Shown here: in pieces, positions 60,573 through 64,000 of the stretch | Position numbering within the stretch: position 1 is the stretch's first letter | How the letters are laid out: each line of letters opens with the position of its first letter | NCBI RefSeq assembly: GCF_033153115.1 | Contig: NW_026889762.1 | Coordinates: forward strand, 5,852,496-5,916,495 | DNA: 64,000 nucleotides | Direction of reading: 5' to 3' | DNA from: Saccostrea echinata | Taxonomy: Eukaryota | Translations under genes and position numbers: made by a program | The notes under the pieces: model-generated | Databases searched by the model: none | What the model saw: the letters and a program-made list of their open reading frames with translations, nothing else | What the model was told of the DNA's origin: nothing

Positions 60573-61904
60573 AATGCAGGGATCTATTACAGTCAATGTT
60601 AACATCCGATCCCAGGCGGAGAATCAAGATGGAGGAAATTTTGCGACATCAGTGGCTTGTAGGAGAAAATGAGGAGACCGTTTTTCGGCAGTCCGCCATT
60701 TCAAATCTTCTTCCGCTTGTGCCCCAGGGATCTGTGATTAATTATATGACAAAGATGTTTGATTTTAAAGAGAGTGAGGTAGTGAATGCTCTCGGTGAAC
60801 GTAAAGTGAATTCTATCGCAGCAACTTACTATCTTCTTAAGAAAAGATTCGATTCTGGATTACATTTAGTGAGTTGTCCACAAAACATGAGGAATCATAG
60901 ACGCGAATCTGCATTTTCTGCTTTCAGCATTGAATTAAACAACAGAAACACAAAATCGTGTCCAACAAAAGATCAGGGTGTCGAAAATGTGGAATCAAAA
61001 AGGGTAAATACAACAGGTGAAATTAAACACAATAACTATAGGAGCTATCTACAATATTTGAAAGTTTCTAGGGAGAGAACAAATGCATTCTCGAAGAACA
61101 TTTTCCTCCGACGGCAAAAGACAAGAAACTCACTCACGAGGTCGTATAACAAAGTAGAAAAGAACGATAACCCTGTTCCCGATCTTATTACGTCGGAATC
61201 CACAAAACCAGATTTTAGGCTCACCTACACTCCTATTCACGCAGACGCTTTGTTTGAGTGGGACAAGGAAGGGTTAATCCGCAGAGAAAATAGAAGAGTA
61301 AGACCCAAGCTTCCAGAATCCTTCTCAAAAGAAAAACCCAAGATTCAGAACAATAAAAACTTACAAAGCTTACCAATGATGGTTACCGGTGATAAGAAAC
61401 GTAGTTATATTAGTCATATTGGTCATTCTGTGTATTCTCCCCCTCCTCCTCCAAATACATCTCTAGGCATGGGGGATCTTTTAACACCACCCAATACGCC
61501 ACTTGGCCAACGAATTACCCTAGGAACAACCATTGATGAAGACTTAGAGAGTCGAGCAGACTTGGATATCCCTGTTGCCCCAAGAACTGCACCTTCATTT
61601 AATTCAAGGACTAATCACTCCTTGTTAAATTCGAAACAAAATTCGGAATTTGAAACTGTCAAATCTATCTCTGATGATGATAAACTAGAAAAGCCAGATC
61701 TTGCCCTGGTTTTAGCTGATCCATGCTCTCAAGAAATTTGGGGATCGTTTCACAAACATAAAGCTAAGCTAATAAAAAGTGGAGTAATTTCATTAAATCG
61801 ATCAAAAACTGTGTACGCTAATCCGATCTCTTCACAGAAAATGTTGACACCAAGAGACCATAAAGCAATAGACGAAGTACAAAAAGCACAGATAGTTGGA
61901 AAAG
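60573..61904 (+). CDS. HUNK: HUNK exon 7 (1332 nt), the end of the kinase domain plus a long regulatory region: ECRDLLQSMLTSDPRRRIKMEEILRHQWLVGENE...SVINYMTKMFDFKESEVVNALGERKVNSIAATYYLLKKRFD...VQKAQIVGK.
   Basis: ORF 60596..61984. Compare human ISFLRSLLEPDPVKRPNIQQALANRWLNENY...SVVLHMTEKLGYKNSDVINTVLSNRACHILAIYFLLNKKLERY. Acceptor tctgtag and donor GTATGT at 61905. Confidence 0.85.
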
Positions 61905-62543
61905 GTATGTTTTTATCAATTACTGTTAACACATTTGTTAACCCAAGATTTCTATTACTTTCGACACCCCGTCATTTCATTTAAAGATATGCGCACATCT
62001 CCACATGATAAGGCAAGTAATAGCGAGCGCAGCGAGCGGCGCGAAGCGCCGCTCGTCACTGCGAGCTCTAACGACAACGCCTGGGCGAAGAGAAAATTCG
62101 GACTACTGCACATTCGTTTCAATAGAATTTTTTTCCGCAGTAATTCTGGACCCACAATGCATCGCTTGTTGTTCTCGCTGCTAACTTCGTTTGCGCGGTA
62201 ACAACAACTAAAAATTCACAAAAAATAAAATCACCTTTATTTAATGGATATTGCAAACAGATAGTAGATTAAACGTTCTTTGTTAAAATTTTTGCACTTT
62301 TCAAACTTCGTTCGAAAATCGGAAATGCAGCTAACATACGACGTCGTGACGTCACAGTCTAGACATTGCAAATGTCTCGTGCGGTTTGAAGAGGCGGATC
62401 TTAAAATTAAGTGAACAATGCGCTCGCCCCAACGGTCGCACCGTCAACATATTATAAAAAGGCAGGGATCTGGAAACTTGTTTGATAAAGAATTGGATTT
62501 TGCTAGAACTTACCTTAATTTTTTTTGTAATTTCTCTTATCAG

Positions 62544-62902
62544 GGCGTCTTCTTCTTGAACGTAGTTCCACTCGAATAAGCGTTGGTTTCTCGGACTTCC
62601 AAAAACAAAATTCATACCTTCCTGAATATGCCAAACCAAACACTGCTATTGGTGGTACAAGGGAAGTATTCCCGGAAGTAATAGGCTCTGCAAAATCTCG
62701 AGCCCGATCCGATATTATAGACTTCGAAAGAAAAGGTGTTCCTAAGTTACCACAAATGACAATAGAGCCAATCAGACAAGACACAGAATCTGAGATAGAT
62801 ATTCCCGACATGCCGCCATCTCCAACTGCATACGAAAGACTGATTGTTGAAGACGAAACGCCAATGATGCGGATCAGAATCACAAGTTCATTAAAACATT
62901 AA
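62544..62902 (+). CDS. HUNK: Candidate terminal HUNK exon 8: (G)RLLLERSSTRISVGFSDFQKQNSYLPEYAKPNTAIGG...DMPPSPTAYERLIVEDETPMMRIRITSSLKH, then stop.
   Basis: Acceptor ttatcag at 62537-62543, phase-matched to exon 7. 119 open codons to TAA at 62900-62902. The overlapping minus-strand ORF 62515..62883 is judged an artefact. No close homology was recognised for this tail. Confidence 0.55.
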
Positions 62903-63169
62903 GTATATATTGTCCAAAAATTCAAATTATATTTGATTTGATTTCATATATTGTGTAATAAAATTCACATTCCACTTTCAAGCATAGCCAGTCTGAAATA
63001 GTATTTGTAAATTTTTTTAAACAAAACATTTTTCCTCTGTTTCTTTCGCACATCTATAATTAAGGGTTAAACATTTTTTTCGCAACAATGATGACAGAGA
63101 AAAACAGAAACACAATGTACACGTAGATTGAACTGGTAAGTAATGTTTATTTAGAAGCTATTATTTTAG

Positions 63170-63315
63170 GAATGACTCTAATTCTTAGCCAAATTATTCG
63201 AGTATAACCTGGTTTGGGGCAGTTTACGCTTTAAAATCCGCGAAGCGGATTATAAAACAGCGTAACTGACCCAAATCAGGTTATACTCGAATAATTTGGC
63301 CAAGAATTATAGTCA
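63170..63315. repeat. Foldback or MITE-like palindrome (~42-bp terminal arms: ctaattcttagccaaattattcgagtataacctggtttggg ... cccaaatcaggttatactcgaataatttggccaagaattatag).
   Basis: Direct reading. A partial related arm lies at 63625-63660. Confidence 0.8.
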
Positions 63316-64000
63316 TTCCTTATAATATAATTTTAAAATCATTAAATAACTATGGATGTAAAATTTCGTTGCTTTTTATTAGTTAAATTTGCCGCTCAAT
63401 AATACAACCGTAGTAACGGAAGTGATGGGAAGCGAGGGGAGGTAAAAACTGATACATAGCCTAGCAGCCTTGTTGTTTGTTTACATGTGGTAAGATTGAA
63501 TTATTGTTTGAAGTTAAAGGTACATTTATTAAATCTGGATTTTTCCATGAATCCCGAGGACTGGAAATGAGAGGATTGTATGGATACAAATGATTCAGCT
63601 GGTTGTCAAGGGGGGGGGGGGGTGTCCCCATACCAAACCAGGTTATACAGAAATAATTTGTGTTCCTTTTTGGATATTAACCAATCAGAGGCTAGAATAC
63701 AAACAAAATTAAATTATTAGAAAATAACCGATGAATGATACGTGCACTTAATTAATTAGAGGGTTTTGCTATCACTTTATGTCAATCCATTCCTTTAAAT
63801 TGAAACTGTTTATATACATTTTATTGTATACAATTTTCCTCGTATGAGGCAGTTGGTTTAACCGGAAGAAACAAAGGGGGAAAAAAACCATATTTGTAGA
63901 CAAAAATCAAATTTGGCCAGGGGCGTAGCTGCCTATACGCAAATACGCAAGTGCGTACACATCATTTTCAAAAAAAAAAAAAAAAAAATAAATAAATAAA

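Noticed and set aside
62515-62883. Minus-strand ORF of 122 aa overlapping the HUNK terminal exon
   Set aside because: The plus-strand frame is phase-linked to the upstream HUNK exon through a good acceptor and is open to a stop. The minus-strand ORF has no splice or homology support and is probably the antisense shadow of coding sequence.
1-64000. Prokaryotic-style features (operons, RBS, CRISPR, terminators)
   Set aside because: The sequence shows spliced genes with GT-AG introns, SINEs, microsatellites and about 65% AT content. There is no dense ORF packing, so it is eukaryotic nuclear DNA.

Overview
This is eukaryotic, AT-rich nuclear genomic DNA with long introns, GT-AG splice sites, microsatellites, tRNA-derived SINEs with target-site duplications and TA-flanked DNA transposons. 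It most resembles an invertebrate, possibly molluscan, genome; the species cannot be determined. There are no prokaryotic features (no operons, no CRISPR arrays).

Homology read by eye from the translations supports four protein-coding loci:

- Exon chain from about 1565 to 26903 on the + strand, which enters the window from upstream and is 5'-partial. The exons are phase-compatible. They encode acidic-tryptophan and LFDD/LFDEEE motifs, then a complete polyproline-WH2-C-A (VCA) module of WASP-family Arp2/3 activators in two exons (19144-19443 and 23159-23266), then a 928-nt Pro/FG-rich exon and a repeat-containing exon. The family identity is unresolved.
- Eight phase-consistent + strand exons at 33018-40841. 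They encode a canonical Hsp70 substrate-binding beta-domain ([10 protein letters not shown]..., VYEG, IDIDANGI, GNDKGRLS) followed by an unrecognised C-terminus. No Hsp70 nucleotide-binding domain is visible anywhere upstream in the window.
- A complete 7-exon BCCIP/Bcp1 homologue on the - strand (44749-48740).
- An 8-exon HUNK-like serine/threonine kinase gene on the + strand (52170-62902).

The rest of the window is dominated by repeats:

- An internally deleted mariner-like element (1-1020).
- At least six tRNA-derived SINE insertions with target-site duplications, five of them clustered in 20.1-24.9 kb.
- Two TA-flanked TIR non-autonomous elements with related termini.
- Three copies of a composite element with an internal ~150-bp tandem array (pearl-like).
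- Three satellite families (about 148, 125 and 168 bp units).
- Near-identical local segmental duplications.
- Foldback palindromes, microsatellites and recurrent long poly-G tracts.

No computation or database search was run, so every homology call needs confirmation.
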